From contig JBAWFA010000004.1 of NCBI GenBank assembly GCA_049591455.1, positions 287,135-351,134 of the forward strand: DNA of 64,000 nt. Reading direction: 5' to 3'. Made by a program: the position numbers and the translations under genes. Shown here in pieces: positions 8,821 to 22,459 of the stretch; within the stretch, counting starts at the first letter, position 1, and each line of letters begins with the position of its first letter. This stretch comes from Gammaproteobacteria bacterium. Lineage in GTDB: Bacteria > Pseudomonadota > Gammaproteobacteria > Natronospirales > REEB76. The notes below the pieces were generated by a model, which was not told the origin of the DNA, made no database searches, and was given only the letters and a program-made list of their open reading frames with translations.

Positions 8821-11505
8821 TTATTGCGGATTCGGTCCCTTCACTATCTCCACCATGTCCGCAGGACGGATCCACTTCTTGTAGGCGGCCTGCACCTCGG
8901 GTGCCGTGAGCTGCATATAGTGCCGGGCCGCTACGACCGGCTCGTTCAGCGGCAAACCGTCGGTAGCATAGGTCAGCAGGCCATCGGCGATACTGTCGAC
9001 ACTGGACTGCTTGAGCGGGATGCCCCGCAGCACCAGCGCCTTGGCGCGGTGCAGTTCCACCGCCGTCACCGGAGTTGTCTGCATCTCAGTCAGATCGCGC
9101 ACGATCAGTGCCCGGGCCTGCTCGACCTTGCCCGGATCGCTGCCGTATTCCACCCCGAAAATGCCGCGGGTGGGCGTGAGTGTGAACGTCGAACTGACGG
9201 TATAGACGAGGCCAGCCTTCTCACGCAGATCCCGGTACAGCCGCGAAGCGTAGAAACCCTGGCCCAGCACCTGATTACCCAGTTGCAGCGCGTACCGGTC
9301 CGGGCTGAACAGGTTCACGCCCAGAGTCTGCATCAGCGAGACCGTGTCCTGCACGCTGGTCTTGTCCGGCACCACGGCTGCGGATGGCGCGTTTAGCGGA
9401 ATAGATGGCAGATTCGTGACCGGCTTGGATCCTTGCGCTTTCCAGCTGCCGAAGTATTTCTCGACGACCGACTCGGCCTCAGCCGGCGTGACATTTCCGA
9501 TCACCACAATGCTGGTCAGGTCCGGACGGAACGCTTGCTGATAATATTTCTGCACATCCGCAAGCTTCAGGCCCAGGATGGTTTGCGGTGTGGCTTCCCT
9601 CAGGGTCGGATCATGGGCTGGCACCAGCGCCTTGATACCGGCTCGTTCAAACAGGTAATCGGGACTCTGCAATTGACCCGCGACGAGACGCGCGGTCTGC
9701 ATCTGCACGACCTGAAACGCCCGGGGCGGCAGCGCCGGGTGCAATTCGTTATCCGCCAGCAGTTGCACCGCTCGCTCGAAATCCGCAACTGGCGCTTGCA
9801 CGGAGAAATCCGTGCCGGCAGATTCTTGGGCGGCGATATTATCCAGCGCCGTCTGAAAGGCGATACGATCGAGACTGGTGGTGCCATAGCTGAATAATCC
9901 ATCCAGCACCTGATTGACGCCGTCTAGGCCGGCTGGTTGTTGCAACTCTGGCTGGTTCTTGATGCGGCCATACACGCTGACGGTATTGCTCACATCCACC
10001 GGCTGCACGATAAGCTTGAGCCCGTTAGGCAGCGTGCTCACCACCGGATTCACCGTGGACCTCGGCATATCGAGACGCGCGAGGGCCGTTTCGGCCCATT
10101 TTGGCAAGGGCACGGCTTTCTCGGGTGCGGCGGAGAACGACTCGGCGCCGCCATAACCTTTGCTCAAAACCGGTTTGCCGGAGGATTCAGGCGTCAGGAT
10201 TGCGGTGAAAGCATGGTCCTGGTCGAGATACTCGCGCGCTACCCGGTCCACATCAGCGACCGTCACCTTATCGAAGGCCGCGATCATGTCGTCGGGAGAC
10301 TCGAGTCCCTGCTGCGCGAGTGTGTTGGACCAGGCATTGGCCAGACCCTCGACGGAATTTTTCTGAAAGTCCAGTTGTGTGATCTCCTGGTGCTTGGCCG
10401 CGGCCACGAGGTCCGCCTGAACGCCGCCGTTTACGGTCTTCGTCAGCACCGTGCGGATTTCCGCGGTCAACGCGGTTGAATCACCCCCACTGGGGAAAAC
10501 ACCGTATGCAAAACCGAGGCCCACGGCAGGCATCGCAAAACTGCCAAAGCCTGCATACAGTGCCTTGCCTTCCGGCACCAGGGCATACAGAGTGCCGCGC
10601 TGGCTCGCAAGCACATCGCTCAGAATCACGCCAGCGGCATAATCGGAGCCGTGATAGCCAGGCAGACGAAAACTAATGACTGACAAACCATACGGCGTAT
10701 CCGTGGGCAGTCGAATGGTTTGCGGTTGCACCGGCGCGAACTTGACCGCCGATCGCACCGGTAGTTTCTTTGCTGGAATATCGCTGAACAGTTTTTCGAC
10801 CCTGGCCAGAGTCACTTTTGGCTGTACGTCGCCTACGATCACGAAAATCGCATTGTTGGGCGCATACCAGGTATCGTAAAAGTTCTTGAGCATTTTCCCG
10901 CTGGTCTTGTCAAAGGACGGACGTGTTCCCAGAGCATCATGTTCGTAAGTCGTGCCTTTGAACATGACAGCTTGCAACTGTTTGAACATCAGATACTGTG
11001 GATTGGACAGATCCCTCGCCACTTCCTGTTCGATGGCGCCGCGCTCCTTCTCCCATTCTTCCTGGCTTATATCCAGCCCGCGCATGCGGATGGCGGCGAT
11101 GTGCAATGCCACACCCAGGTCTTCAGCCGGTACCGTAAAGAAATATTGGGTCACGGTATTCTGAGTGTCGGCGTCAAAGTTGCCGCCCATGGCCGCACTG
11201 ATTTCGGCCAGCTGGTCCTTGGACAGGCCGGGACTGCCACGGAACATCATGTGTTCCAGTGCATGCGCGGTACCCGGAAAGCCGGCCGGTGCTTCGTTGG
11301 AGCCCACCAAGTAATTCATTTCGGTAGTCACCACCGGCGCGAGGGTATTGCGCACGATCACAACCCTTAAGCCATTCTTGAGCGTGGCGCGCAACACCTC
11401 CGGATTGTCAGCCGCATTCGTGGTAGTCGGAACAAAAAATGCCGGCAACAGGGCCAGCAATATCAAAAGTTCTTTGCGCCATATATATGACATGGACAGT
11501 TCCAT
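8821..11505 (-). CDS. M16-family (pitrilysin/insulinase-like) zinc peptidase, secreted, two-lobed
   Basis: 894 aa with a signal peptide and the inverted zinc motif HALEHMMFRG (HxxEH). The length is consistent with a fused M16 active plus inactive half. Confidence 0.9.
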   Translation of the reverse strand: MELSMSYIWRKELLILLALLPAFFVPTTTNAADNPEVLRATLKNGLRVVIVRNTLAPVVTTEMNYLVGSNEAPAGFPGTAHALEHMMFRGSPGLSKDQLAEISAAMGGNFDADTQNTVTQYFFTVPAEDLGVALHIAAIRMRGLDISQEEWEKERGAIEQEVARDLSNPQYLMFKQLQAVMFKGTTYEHDALGTRPSFDKTSGKMLKNFYDTWYAPNNAIFVIVGDVQPKVTLARVEKLFSDIPAKKLPVRSAVKFAPVQPQTIRLPTDTPYGLSVISFRLPGYHGSDYAAGVILSDVLASQRGTLYALVPEGKALYAGFGSFAMPAVGLGFAYGVFPSGGDSTALTAEIRTVLTKTVNGGVQADLVAAAKHQEITQLDFQKNSVEGLANAWSNTLAQQGLESPDDMIAAFDKVTVADVDRVAREYLDQDHAFTAILTPESSGKPVLSKGYGGAESFSAAPEKAVPLPKWAETALARLDMPRSTVNPVVSTLPNGLKLIVQPVDVSNTVSVYGRIKNQPELQQPAGLDGVNQVLDGLFSYGTTSLDRIAFQTALDNIAAQESAGTDFSVQAPVADFERAVQLLADNELHPALPPRAFQVVQMQTARLVAGQLQSPDYLFERAGIKALVPAHDPTLREATPQTILGLKLADVQKYYQQAFRPDLTSIVVIGNVTPAEAESVVEKYFGSWKAQGSKPVTNLPSIPLNAPSAAVVPDKTSVQDTVSLMQTLGVNLFSPDRYALQLGNQVLGQGFYASRLYRDLREKAGLVYTVSSTFTLTPTRGIFGVEYGSDPGKVEQARALIVRDLTEMQTTPVTAVELHRAKALVLRGIPLKQSSVDSIADGLLTYATDGLPLNEPVVAARHYMQLTAPEVQAAYKKWIRPADMVEIVKGPNPQ

Positions 11506-11558
11506 TCTGAAATTTTGTTTGACGTACGCTTGTGCACCATTTTACAGCGCCTTTGGCA

Positions 11559-12797
11559 TCAGGCGCGCAATAGAGTGGAAAGGTCCGTGGTTGTGCCCAT
11601 GCCGTCTGGAAATATCTTATCCAGTATTCCCTCTGGCAACCGCAAGTGGCGGGTCAATACCGTGCCGATGACCTGGCGGAAATCGGTGGTTATGGCCAGG
11701 TCGCGGCTCTGGTAAAGCTGATCGTCGGCCAGACCTGGCCATTCGCCATAAACCTTGCCACCGTCCACCTTGCCGCCCAAAACCCACATGACGTTGCCGT
11801 GACCGTGGTCGGTGCCGGCATTGCCGTTCTCGCGGAAGGTGCGGCCGAATTCCGACATGATGAGAATGGCGGTGTCATTGTAGGTGTTACCCAGACCTTG
11901 TACCAAAGCAGCGAGACCCTCGCCCAAGGCTTGCAGATGATTGGCGAGCTGGCCTTTATCGGCACCCTCGCCCACATGCGTGTCCCATCCGCCCACGGAC
12001 AAAAACGAGAGTTGGATGCTGGCGTCGCCGGCCATCAGTCGTGCGAGCCGCTGCGTGTCATTGGAAAAACCTATGACCGACGGCGCACCGTTGTAGGAAT
12101 CATTCATGTCCTTCTGTAAATCCGCCATCAGTTCGCCGCGCGCTTCCCGGCCTTCTGTGAAGGCCTTGTCCACCGCGCTGCTACCTTGATATAGAGACGC
12201 GAAGGCATCGGCGATGCGCGGCCGGTCCAGCGGCATGGAATGGGCGGCACTGCGGCCCAGAGGCAGGTTCGAAACCGCGTTGGGTCCGGAAAAAATCCGC
12301 GGTACCGTGGGACCCAAACTCAAGGCTTCGGTTGGTGAATGCGGACCGGGGAGCGCGCCCAGCAGGCGGTTCATCCAGCCGTCCGGCGCATTCACACCCG
12401 GTGTGCCAGTCTCCATATACGCCTGAGCTTCAAAATGCGAGCGGTTGGGATCGGGCGAGCCGCTGGCATGCACGAAGGCCAGAGTGTTGTTCCGCCACAA
12501 TGACAGCATGGACTCAAGTGCCGGGTGCAGGCCGAAATAGCCATTCAGGTCCAGTGCGCCGTTGTCCTGCCCGGATTTGAGAACGGCGATGGTGGGACGC
12601 GCTTCGTAGTAGCGGTCGTCGCCCCAGGGCACCACCACATTCAGGCCGTCCACGGCACCGCGCAGGAACACCACGATGAGCCGACGGTTACCGCCGACAG
12701 TATCGGAAAGCCGCGCAGCCCAACCGCGGCTACCGACCGTCAGCAGTGTGGCCCCCGAAGCCAGCAGCGCATTACGCAGAAATTCACGGCGGTTCAT
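11559..12797 (-). CDS. DUF1501 family protein (Tat-signal, sulfatase-like fold)
   Basis: Twin-arginine N-terminus MNRREFLRNALLASGA and a C-terminal ..SEFGRTFRENGNAGTDHGHGN.. motif typical of DUF1501. It is paired with DUF1800 upstream. Confidence 0.85.
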   Translation of the reverse strand: MNRREFLRNALLASGATLLTVGSRGWAARLSDTVGGNRRLIVVFLRGAVDGLNVVVPWGDDRYYEARPTIAVLKSGQDNGALDLNGYFGLHPALESMLSLWRNNTLAFVHASGSPDPNRSHFEAQAYMETGTPGVNAPDGWMNRLLGALPGPHSPTEALSLGPTVPRIFSGPNAVSNLPLGRSAAHSMPLDRPRIADAFASLYQGSSAVDKAFTEGREARGELMADLQKDMNDSYNGAPSVIGFSNDTQRLARLMAGDASIQLSFLSVGGWDTHVGEGADKGQLANHLQALGEGLAALVQGLGNTYNDTAILIMSEFGRTFRENGNAGTDHGHGNVMWVLGGKVDGGKVYGEWPGLADDQLYQSRDLAITTDFRQVIGTVLTRHLRLPEGILDKIFPDGMGTTTDLSTLLRA

Positions 12798-12807
12798 ACT
12801 GCACCTC

Positions 12808-14313
12808 CTAGCGATATTGGAACTGTGGACTGCCGAGAATCAATCCGGCTCGCAGTGGTTCCGGTTGTGAATCAATCGTCACAATCTGTTGCGGCGTGAA
12901 CAATCCTTGCAGCGTGTCCAGCAATTGCTCCGCGCGCTGTTCGGGGATTTGCGGATCACCCACACTGGGGTCGAGACGCACATTTCCGTAGCCCAGGGCG
13001 GTGGCGAAGCTCAGCCGCATCATCATGGCATCGGGGTCGAGCCAGGCATCCGCAGTGTTCTTGTAACCATCTGGCGTCAGGTAGCCATACAGCGGCATGC
13101 CAAGCTGATTCATCATGCCCAGCAGCGGTTTGACATTGGTCACAGGTTCGCCGGTGGCGCGCAGCATGGAAATCACGTATTCATAAGGCGTTTTGAACTT
13201 GTTGCCGATGTTTCCAGCTGACCAGAACTGTGGACTGTGGAACAACGTGTCCAGAACCGCGGCGATGTCGCCGTCGCTCTGCATCCATTTCTTTGTGAGT
13301 GCGTCCACCAGCACAGGATCGGGATTGTCGGCGGTAAAATACTGCGCCAACTCGTAACTGATGTGGTGCGCGGTGGCGGGGCTGGATGCCAGCATGTCCA
13401 GTGCCTGTGTGATTTCCGCCTCGCCACCGCCCGGAATAGTACGGCCGAGAAATACCTGATCACTGAAATCATGCCGCTGCGGATCGAAACAGAACGTGCC
13501 GGGTTGTGCGAAGCGGCCGCGCAAAGGACACAAGCCCCAGCCGGTGAGGACGTGAGCGAGTGTAGTGACATCAGTCTGGGTGTAACCGCCGTTCACGCCC
13601 AAGGTATGCAGTTCCATCAATTCACGGGCGTAGTTCTCGTTGATGCCCTGAAAACGGCCCTTGGCATGAGGCGTTCCGGGCTGGGTATCCAGCCAGTTGT
13701 CCAGATAGAACAACATGGCTGGATGTTTCGCGGTGGCGAACAGCAGATCACGAAAATGCCCGAGGGCATAGGGACGGATCGCTTGTTCCTCGTAGCTGCC
13801 CACCCACAGCCGGTCCAGTCCCTTGCCTCGGAATACGTTGAAATGGTTGAACCAGAAATTCACCATCACTTCCTGCAACTGGCGTGGGCTTTCGACGGCG
13901 CGCAGCACACGCGCCTGCATGGCTTGCTGCACGATGACATTGGCGTGTTGATTCAGTTGTTTGCGTTCCTGAGGGGTGAGTTTCTGGCCGCGCGAAAGCG
14001 GTGGCGGACCGTATTCCTCGAACAGCTCCGTGGGCGTGAGCGTAAGCGTCTCGAGGGAATCCAGTTGCTGCTGCGACTCAGCCGGCAGCGGGATGGAGTC
14101 AGGATGCAATTGTTGCCGGATATAGCGATCCACACCCAGGGCGGCGACGCGCCGCACGTCGCCGGGCGCGGGACCGAAGGCAAGACGATTCAGGACATGC
14201 AGCGCCTGAGCATCGGTGGACGCCAGCACGCTGCCCGAGAGCAGAAACAAAACCGCCGGCACCAGACCCCGCATCAAGCTGCGTTGAATGCGAGGTCCAA
14301 TGCCGGCGGTCAT
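12808..14313 (-). CDS. DUF1800 family protein
   Basis: 501 aa with a signal peptide and LHVLNRLAFGPAPGD near the N-terminus. It shows the canonical DUF1800-DUF1501 gene pairing. Confidence 0.85.
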   Translation of the reverse strand: MTAGIGPRIQRSLMRGLVPAVLFLLSGSVLASTDAQALHVLNRLAFGPAPGDVRRVAALGVDRYIRQQLHPDSIPLPAESQQQLDSLETLTLTPTELFEEYGPPPLSRGQKLTPQERKQLNQHANVIVQQAMQARVLRAVESPRQLQEVMVNFWFNHFNVFRGKGLDRLWVGSYEEQAIRPYALGHFRDLLFATAKHPAMLFYLDNWLDTQPGTPHAKGRFQGINENYARELMELHTLGVNGGYTQTDVTTLAHVLTGWGLCPLRGRFAQPGTFCFDPQRHDFSDQVFLGRTIPGGGEAEITQALDMLASSPATAHHISYELAQYFTADNPDPVLVDALTKKWMQSDGDIAAVLDTLFHSPQFWSAGNIGNKFKTPYEYVISMLRATGEPVTNVKPLLGMMNQLGMPLYGYLTPDGYKNTADAWLDPDAMMMRLSFATALGYGNVRLDPSVGDPQIPEQRAEQLLDTLQGLFTPQQIVTIDSQPEPLRAGLILGSPQFQYR

Positions 14314-14337
14314 GGCCGTCAGTCTGTGGCCGTCAAA

Positions 14338-14670
14338 TCAAGCGCGGCCGTTCGCGCCATTGGCCTGTTGCTTGCGTACCTGCTTGCGGTTTACCTTGGC
14401 CTTGCGAACGTTGTGCTTGGCCTTTTGCATGTTTTTTTCCTGAGCCCGAGCCTTCTTGAGCTTGCCCTGGCGCACGTCCTTGTTGACCTTGCGTTGATCC
14501 TGGCGTGCGGTTTCCTTATTCTGACGGATAGTGCGGTTATCCTTGTGGATCTCATGGGTTTCCTTCTGTTGCGGCGTTGCGGCGGGTGCCGGCGTCTGCT
14601 GGGCAAATACCAGCGGAGTGGCAGACAGGGCAAGCAAGGCGCCCGCAACGAGTGCGGCGATGCGTTTCAT
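14338..14670 (-). CDS. Secreted, highly basic Lys/Arg/Gln-rich protein (hypothetical)
   Basis: Signal peptide MKRIAALVAGALLALSATPLVFA followed by a low-complexity KxxxK/R-rich sequence. Confidence 0.5.
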   Translation of the reverse strand: MKRIAALVAGALLALSATPLVFAQQTPAPAATPQQKETHEIHKDNRTIRQNKETARQDQRKVNKDVRQGKLKKARAQEKNMQKAKHNVRKAKVNRKQVRKQQANGANGRA

Positions 14671-14797
14671 GGTCTCTATCTCCTGAGGGGTTGAACAATC
14701 AACCGGGTTTCCCCGGCCTTAAGCGCCAACAACGGGCCTGCCCGAGAGGGGTTGACGGTTGGAACATGAAAAAGCCGTAAGGAATTTCGCTCCCACC

Positions 14798-18475
<3,678 letters not shown>

Positions 18476-18480
18476 GGTAT

Positions 18481-19416
18481 TCAGGCGCGGGCTGCAGCGC
18501 CGGGCGCAGCGAGTGTTTCGCTGGCTTCCCGGCCGGCGCGGATGCCCAACAGATGGCAGATGGCGCGGGTAAGTTCCGCGCGGTTCAAGGTGTAAAAATG
18601 GAATTCGTGCACGCCTTCCGCCTGCAGGCGCCGGCACTGCTCGCCCGCCACGTGGGCCGCCACCAGCGTGCGGGTTTCCGCGTCGTCATCCAGACCGTCG
18701 AAGAACTTTGCCAGCGACGCAGGTACGCTGGCGCCGCAGCGCGCGGCGAATTTCCGTACCTGCCTAAAATTCGTGACTGGCAGAATGCCCGGCACCAGCG
18801 GCATGCGCACGCCGGCTTTAGCCGCTGCGTCGCGGAAACGCAGGAACACCTCCACATCGAAAAAGAACTGGGTGATGCCGCGGGCCGCGCCAGCATCCTG
18901 TTTGCGTTTGAGGTTTATCAGATCCGCCTCGGACGAAGCCGCGTCGGGGTGCACTTCTGGATGTGCCGCCACGCTGATCTCGAAATCCGCCACGCGTTTG
19001 AGGCCTGCGACCAGTTCCGCCGCGCAGGCGTATCCGCGCGGATGTGGCGTGAATTTCCCCTGCCCTTCCGGCGGATCACCGCGCAGCGCTACCACGTGGC
19101 GGATGCCCGCCTGCCAGTAGCGGTGTGCGATGGACTCGATCTCGGTCTTGCTGGCGCCCACGCAAGTGAGGTGTGCAGCGGGCCGCAGACCAAGGTTTTT
19201 CTGGATGGCCACTACCGTATCGTGGGTGCGCTCGCGGGTGGAACCGCCGGCGCCGTAAGTCACAGATACGAAACGCGGCGCCAACGACGCCAAACGCTCC
19301 AGCGTCTGCCACAACCGCTGTTGCAGTTCCGGTGTAGCGGGCGGAAAGAATTCGAAGGATACCGCGGGATGACTTGGAAATGCCTGCCGGTCCCAGGATG
19401 TGGAAAGCGGATTCAT
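18481..19416 (-). CDS. metF: 5,10-methylenetetrahydrofolate reductase
   Basis: Starts at ATG 19416 ([32 protein letters not shown]). Typical MetF motifs. Lies upstream of metH. Confidence 0.95.
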   Translation of the reverse strand: MNPLSTSWDRQAFPSHPAVSFEFFPPATPELQQRLWQTLERLASLAPRFVSVTYGAGGSTRERTHDTVVAIQKNLGLRPAAHLTCVGASKTEIESIAHRYWQAGIRHVVALRGDPPEGQGKFTPHPRGYACAAELVAGLKRVADFEISVAAHPEVHPDAASSEADLINLKRKQDAGAARGITQFFFDVEVFLRFRDAAAKAGVRMPLVPGILPVTNFRQVRKFAARCGASVPASLAKFFDGLDDDAETRTLVAAHVAGEQCRRLQAEGVHEFHFYTLNRAELTRAICHLLGIRAGREASETLAAPGAAARA

Positions 19417-19433
19417 GCTCTGCCTGTCAATAT

Positions 19434-19544
19434 AAAAAAACCCGCTCAGCTTTTCCCTCACGGGTTGCTAGAGCAGGTTCTTTCGGACCCCGCTTTAGCC
19501 GTATTTTTAAAGCGCCCGCAAGCTGAGTATCAAATCGGCGCTGC
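19434..19544 (-). ncRNA. Structured metF leader: SAM-II-like H-type pseudoknot candidate plus terminator-like hairpin
   Basis: The minus strand reads AGCGCC-GAUUUGAUACUCA-GCUUGC-GGGCGCU-UUAAAAAUACGGCU-AAAGC, i.e. P1 5', a U-rich loop, P2 5', P1 3', an A-rich loop and P2 3'. This is followed by CCCG..CGGG and U7 (19434..19466), 17 nt before the metF ATG. Confidence 0.35.
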
Positions 19545-19574
19545 AGAGAATTATTCACCCATCGGGAAAGCCTG

Positions 19575-20207
19575 TCAACCCGACGCTGGCGGCCGGCGCA
19601 GGCTACGTAGGTGCCGCCAGAGATACCAGATAAAGCCCAGCACCACCAAAATCACGATGACGGTATCGAAACGGTGGAACCAGGGCCCGAGCGTATCCCA
19701 GTGCTCGCCGAGACGCAGACCGATCCAGGCCAGCGCCCAGCACCAGATGAAAGAACCGATGAAGGTGTAGAGAGTGAACTTGGCCAGCGCCATGCGCGCC
19801 ACGCCCGCCGGAAAGGCAATGAAGGTGCGCACTAGGGGCAGCAGGCGGCCAATGAGGATGATGATTTCGCCGTGGCGATTGAACCAGCGGTCCGCGACAT
19901 CCAGGTCGTGGTGAGACACCAATATATAGCGCCCGTATTTTTCCACCAGCGGGCGCCCGCCCCGAGCCCCCACCCAGTACGCAAGCAGCGAACCCAGCAC
20001 GCAACCCACCGCGCCAGTCAGCCCCACCAGCCACAACTGCATTTCACCCCGGTATACCAGATATCCGGAGAACGGCATGATGAGTTCCGAAGGCAGCGGA
20101 ATGCAGGCGCTCTCGATGGCCATGAGCAGCACGATGCCACCATAACCCAGAACCGAGATGGTCGAAATGATGAAGCCGGCAACCAGCGCGATCAGTTTGG
20201 CGAGCAT
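19575..20207 (-). CDS. DedA/SNARE-associated family membrane protein
   Basis: Starts at internal ATG 20207 (MLAKLIALVAGF..). Motifs ESACIPLPSE and GRLLPLVRTFIAFPAG are typical of DedA. The upstream part of the track ORF overlaps the kup end. Confidence 0.85.
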   Translation of the reverse strand: MLAKLIALVAGFIISTISVLGYGGIVLLMAIESACIPLPSELIMPFSGYLVYRGEMQLWLVGLTGAVGCVLGSLLAYWVGARGGRPLVEKYGRYILVSHHDLDVADRWFNRHGEIIILIGRLLPLVRTFIAFPAGVARMALAKFTLYTFIGSFIWCWALAWIGLRLGEHWDTLGPWFHRFDTVIVILVVLGFIWYLWRHLRSLRRPPASG

Positions 20208-20214
20208 CCGGCCA

Positions 20215-22170
20215 TCACAACCTGGAAGACGGCGGCGGAGGTGCCGGCGGTGCCGTACGCGGGGTACGGATTTCCGCGAAGCGCAGGCGCAGACCCAGTT
20301 CCACGGTGCGGTCTGGCGGAATCTGGTAGAAATCGGTGGCGCGGATGGCATTGCGCGACATGAAGGTAAATAATTTTTCACGCCAGGCCATCATGGTGGG
20401 CATGTTCTTCGTGGGCACAAGTGTTTCACGCCCGATGTAGTACGTGGTGGTTTCAGGATCAATCACCAAACCGCAATCCTTGGCGCGCCGCAGCGCTTGC
20501 GGCACGTTGGGTATCTGCATGAAACCGTAGTGAGCTAGCACACGGTAGAAACCCTGATCCAGTTTTTCCACTTCCAAACGACGCTGGGGATGTACGAACG
20601 GCACGTCTTCCGTGAGCACAGTGAGCAGCACGACCTGCTCGTGCAGCACCTGGTTGTGCTCCAGATGATGCTGCAACATGGGTGGCGTGCCAAGATTGGG
20701 CGCGGTCATGAAAATAGCGGTGCCGTGCACGCGCACGGGTTGCAGAAGTCTGATGTGATTCAGGAATTCATGCAGTGGTTCGGTACTGGCCCGCAGACGG
20801 TCAATTAGATTCTGCCGTCCGGTCGCCCATGTGGTCATAATGGTGAAACCCACCAATCCCACCAATAGCGGCAGCCAGCCGCCGTCCCATATCTTGAAGA
20901 TGTTGGCCAGGAAATAAACGAAATCCACGATAAAAAAGCATGAGATGATGGGCGCCACAATGGCGATGTTCCAATGCCAGCGTTCGCGCATGGCCAGGAA
21001 CAGCAGCATGGTGGTAATGAGCATGGTGGAACTCACCGCCACACCGTAAGCGGCGGCGAGATTGTCGGAAGTCTTGAATCCCAACACGATAAGGATGGTA
21101 GCAATGGCCAGAATCCAATTGAGGGAAGGAATATAGATCTGGCCTTCCTTGTCAGGCGAGGTACGCACGATGGTCAGCCGTGGACTCTGGCCGAACTGGA
21201 TAGCTTGGCTCATGAGCGAAAAGGCACCTGAAATGATCGCCTGCGAAGCGATCACCGTGGCGGCAGTAGCCAGGGCCACAAGTGGATAGAGCATCCACGA
21301 CGGCGCCAGGCTGTAAAACAACTGAGTAACGGGCTTATTCGGATTGGCAAGGATGGCCGCACCCTGACCGAAATAATTGAGCAGCAACGCCGGAAAAACG
21401 TACACAAACCACGACAGACGGATGGGGGCCTTGCCAAAATGGCCGATATCAGCATACAACGCTTCGGCGCCGGTCACGCACAGAAACACCGCGCCCAAAA
21501 CCACGATGTCAGCAAAACCGTGGTGAAAGATGAAATGCAGGGCATACGCCGGATTGACGGCTGCCAGCACCGCCGGATAACGCAGAACAGCCACCAACCC
21601 GAGCCAAGCGATGACGAGGAACCACAGCATCATGATGGGGCCGAACACGAAGCCCACCCTTTTGGTGCCGTTTTTCTGAAACACAAAGAGCAAAAACAGC
21701 ACAATGATTGTGATGAAGATGATCACAGAGCGATCCAGGGACGGTGTGGCCACCTGCAGCCCTTCCACGGCGCTCAACACCGAAATGGCCGGCGTGATCA
21801 TGCCGTCGCCGTAGAGCAGCGCCGCGCCGAATATCCCCAGGGAAATGAGGATGCGGGAACGCTTGCTGCGGCGCATGCGCCAAGGATCCAGCAGGGACAG
21901 CAGCGCCAGAATGCCACCTTCGCCCTTGTTGTCCGCACGCAGCACGAACAACTGGTACTTCACACAGACGATGATAATCAGCGACCAGAAAACCAGGGAA
22001 ATCACGCCGAGCACGTTTTCCGGAGTCGGTGTTAGACCATAAGCTGAAGAAAACGGGCTGCTGATGGCGTAAAGAGGACTGGTGCCGATATCGCCGAACA
22101 CCACGCCAAGCGCGCCGAGGCTTAGAGCCAGCATGCGTTTCCGGCCCACCGGCCCTGCCTCACCGTTCAT
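20215..22170 (-). CDS. kup: KUP/HAK/KT-family K+ uptake transporter (start 22170-22257)
   Basis: LGALGVVFGDIGTSPLY near the N-terminus, 12 TM-like segments and a cytoplasmic C-domain. Confidence 0.95.
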   Translation of the reverse strand: MNGEAGPVGRKRMLALSLGALGVVFGDIGTSPLYAISSPFSSAYGLTPTPENVLGVISLVFWSLIIIVCVKYQLFVLRADNKGEGGILALLSLLDPWRMRRSKRSRILISLGIFGAALLYGDGMITPAISVLSAVEGLQVATPSLDRSVIIFITIIVLFLLFVFQKNGTKRVGFVFGPIMMLWFLVIAWLGLVAVLRYPAVLAAVNPAYALHFIFHHGFADIVVLGAVFLCVTGAEALYADIGHFGKAPIRLSWFVYVFPALLLNYFGQGAAILANPNKPVTQLFYSLAPSWMLYPLVALATAATVIASQAIISGAFSLMSQAIQFGQSPRLTIVRTSPDKEGQIYIPSLNWILAIATILIVLGFKTSDNLAAAYGVAVSSTMLITTMLLFLAMRERWHWNIAIVAPIISCFFIVDFVYFLANIFKIWDGGWLPLLVGLVGFTIMTTWATGRQNLIDRLRASTEPLHEFLNHIRLLQPVRVHGTAIFMTAPNLGTPPMLQHHLEHNQVLHEQVVLLTVLTEDVPFVHPQRRLEVEKLDQGFYRVLAHYGFMQIPNVPQALRRAKDCGLVIDPETTTYYIGRETLVPTKNMPTMMAWREKLFTFMSRNAIRATDFYQIPPDRTVELGLRLRFAEIRTPRTAPPAPPPPSSRL

Positions 22171-22445
22171 GACGCGGGACCGCATGCTTTGTGTAGCGGT
22201 ACTTGTTTCCGGCTTGTTCACCCAACGTCTCCCCGCCCCAACACTCCCAAAACACAACCGGCCGGTCTCGTTCGAGCACCAGCCGGCATCGTGCTAATCC
22301 TGCATTTCTATTGGCGGGCGGTTATATGCCCTGCCCCGTTCAGGGCGCGCATTGTACCTCCAAAGCCAATATGCTTAAAACCATATGCTGCCGAGACTGA
22401 CCGGTGGCAAGTGCTTGTTTCGCAAAGATCACGGCACGTGAGCTG

Positions 22446-22459
22446 GATGGCGTCCCCAG
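22446..22459. repeat. attL-side copy of att core (displaced tRNA-Glu 3' end fragment)
   Basis: GATGGCGTCCCCAG is identical to 55044..55057. It equals the complement of the last 12 nt of tRNA-Glu (CTGGGGACGCCA) plus 2 nt. Confidence 0.6.

Noticed and set aside
18476-18637. N-terminal 54-codon extension of metH (and similar extensions of mgtA 8269..8388, DedA 20208..20381 and metF 19417..19461).
   Set aside because: The extensions overlap the upstream gene or are Arg/Pro/Cys-rich. Internal ATGs give canonical N-termini that match the family consensus.
19417-19574. SAH riboswitch upstream of metF-metH, the expected element in this gene context.
   Set aside because: The conserved AGGAGCGCUGC and CAACGGCGCUC blocks are absent. 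The region fits a SAM-II-like topology better, so it is reported as that, with low confidence.
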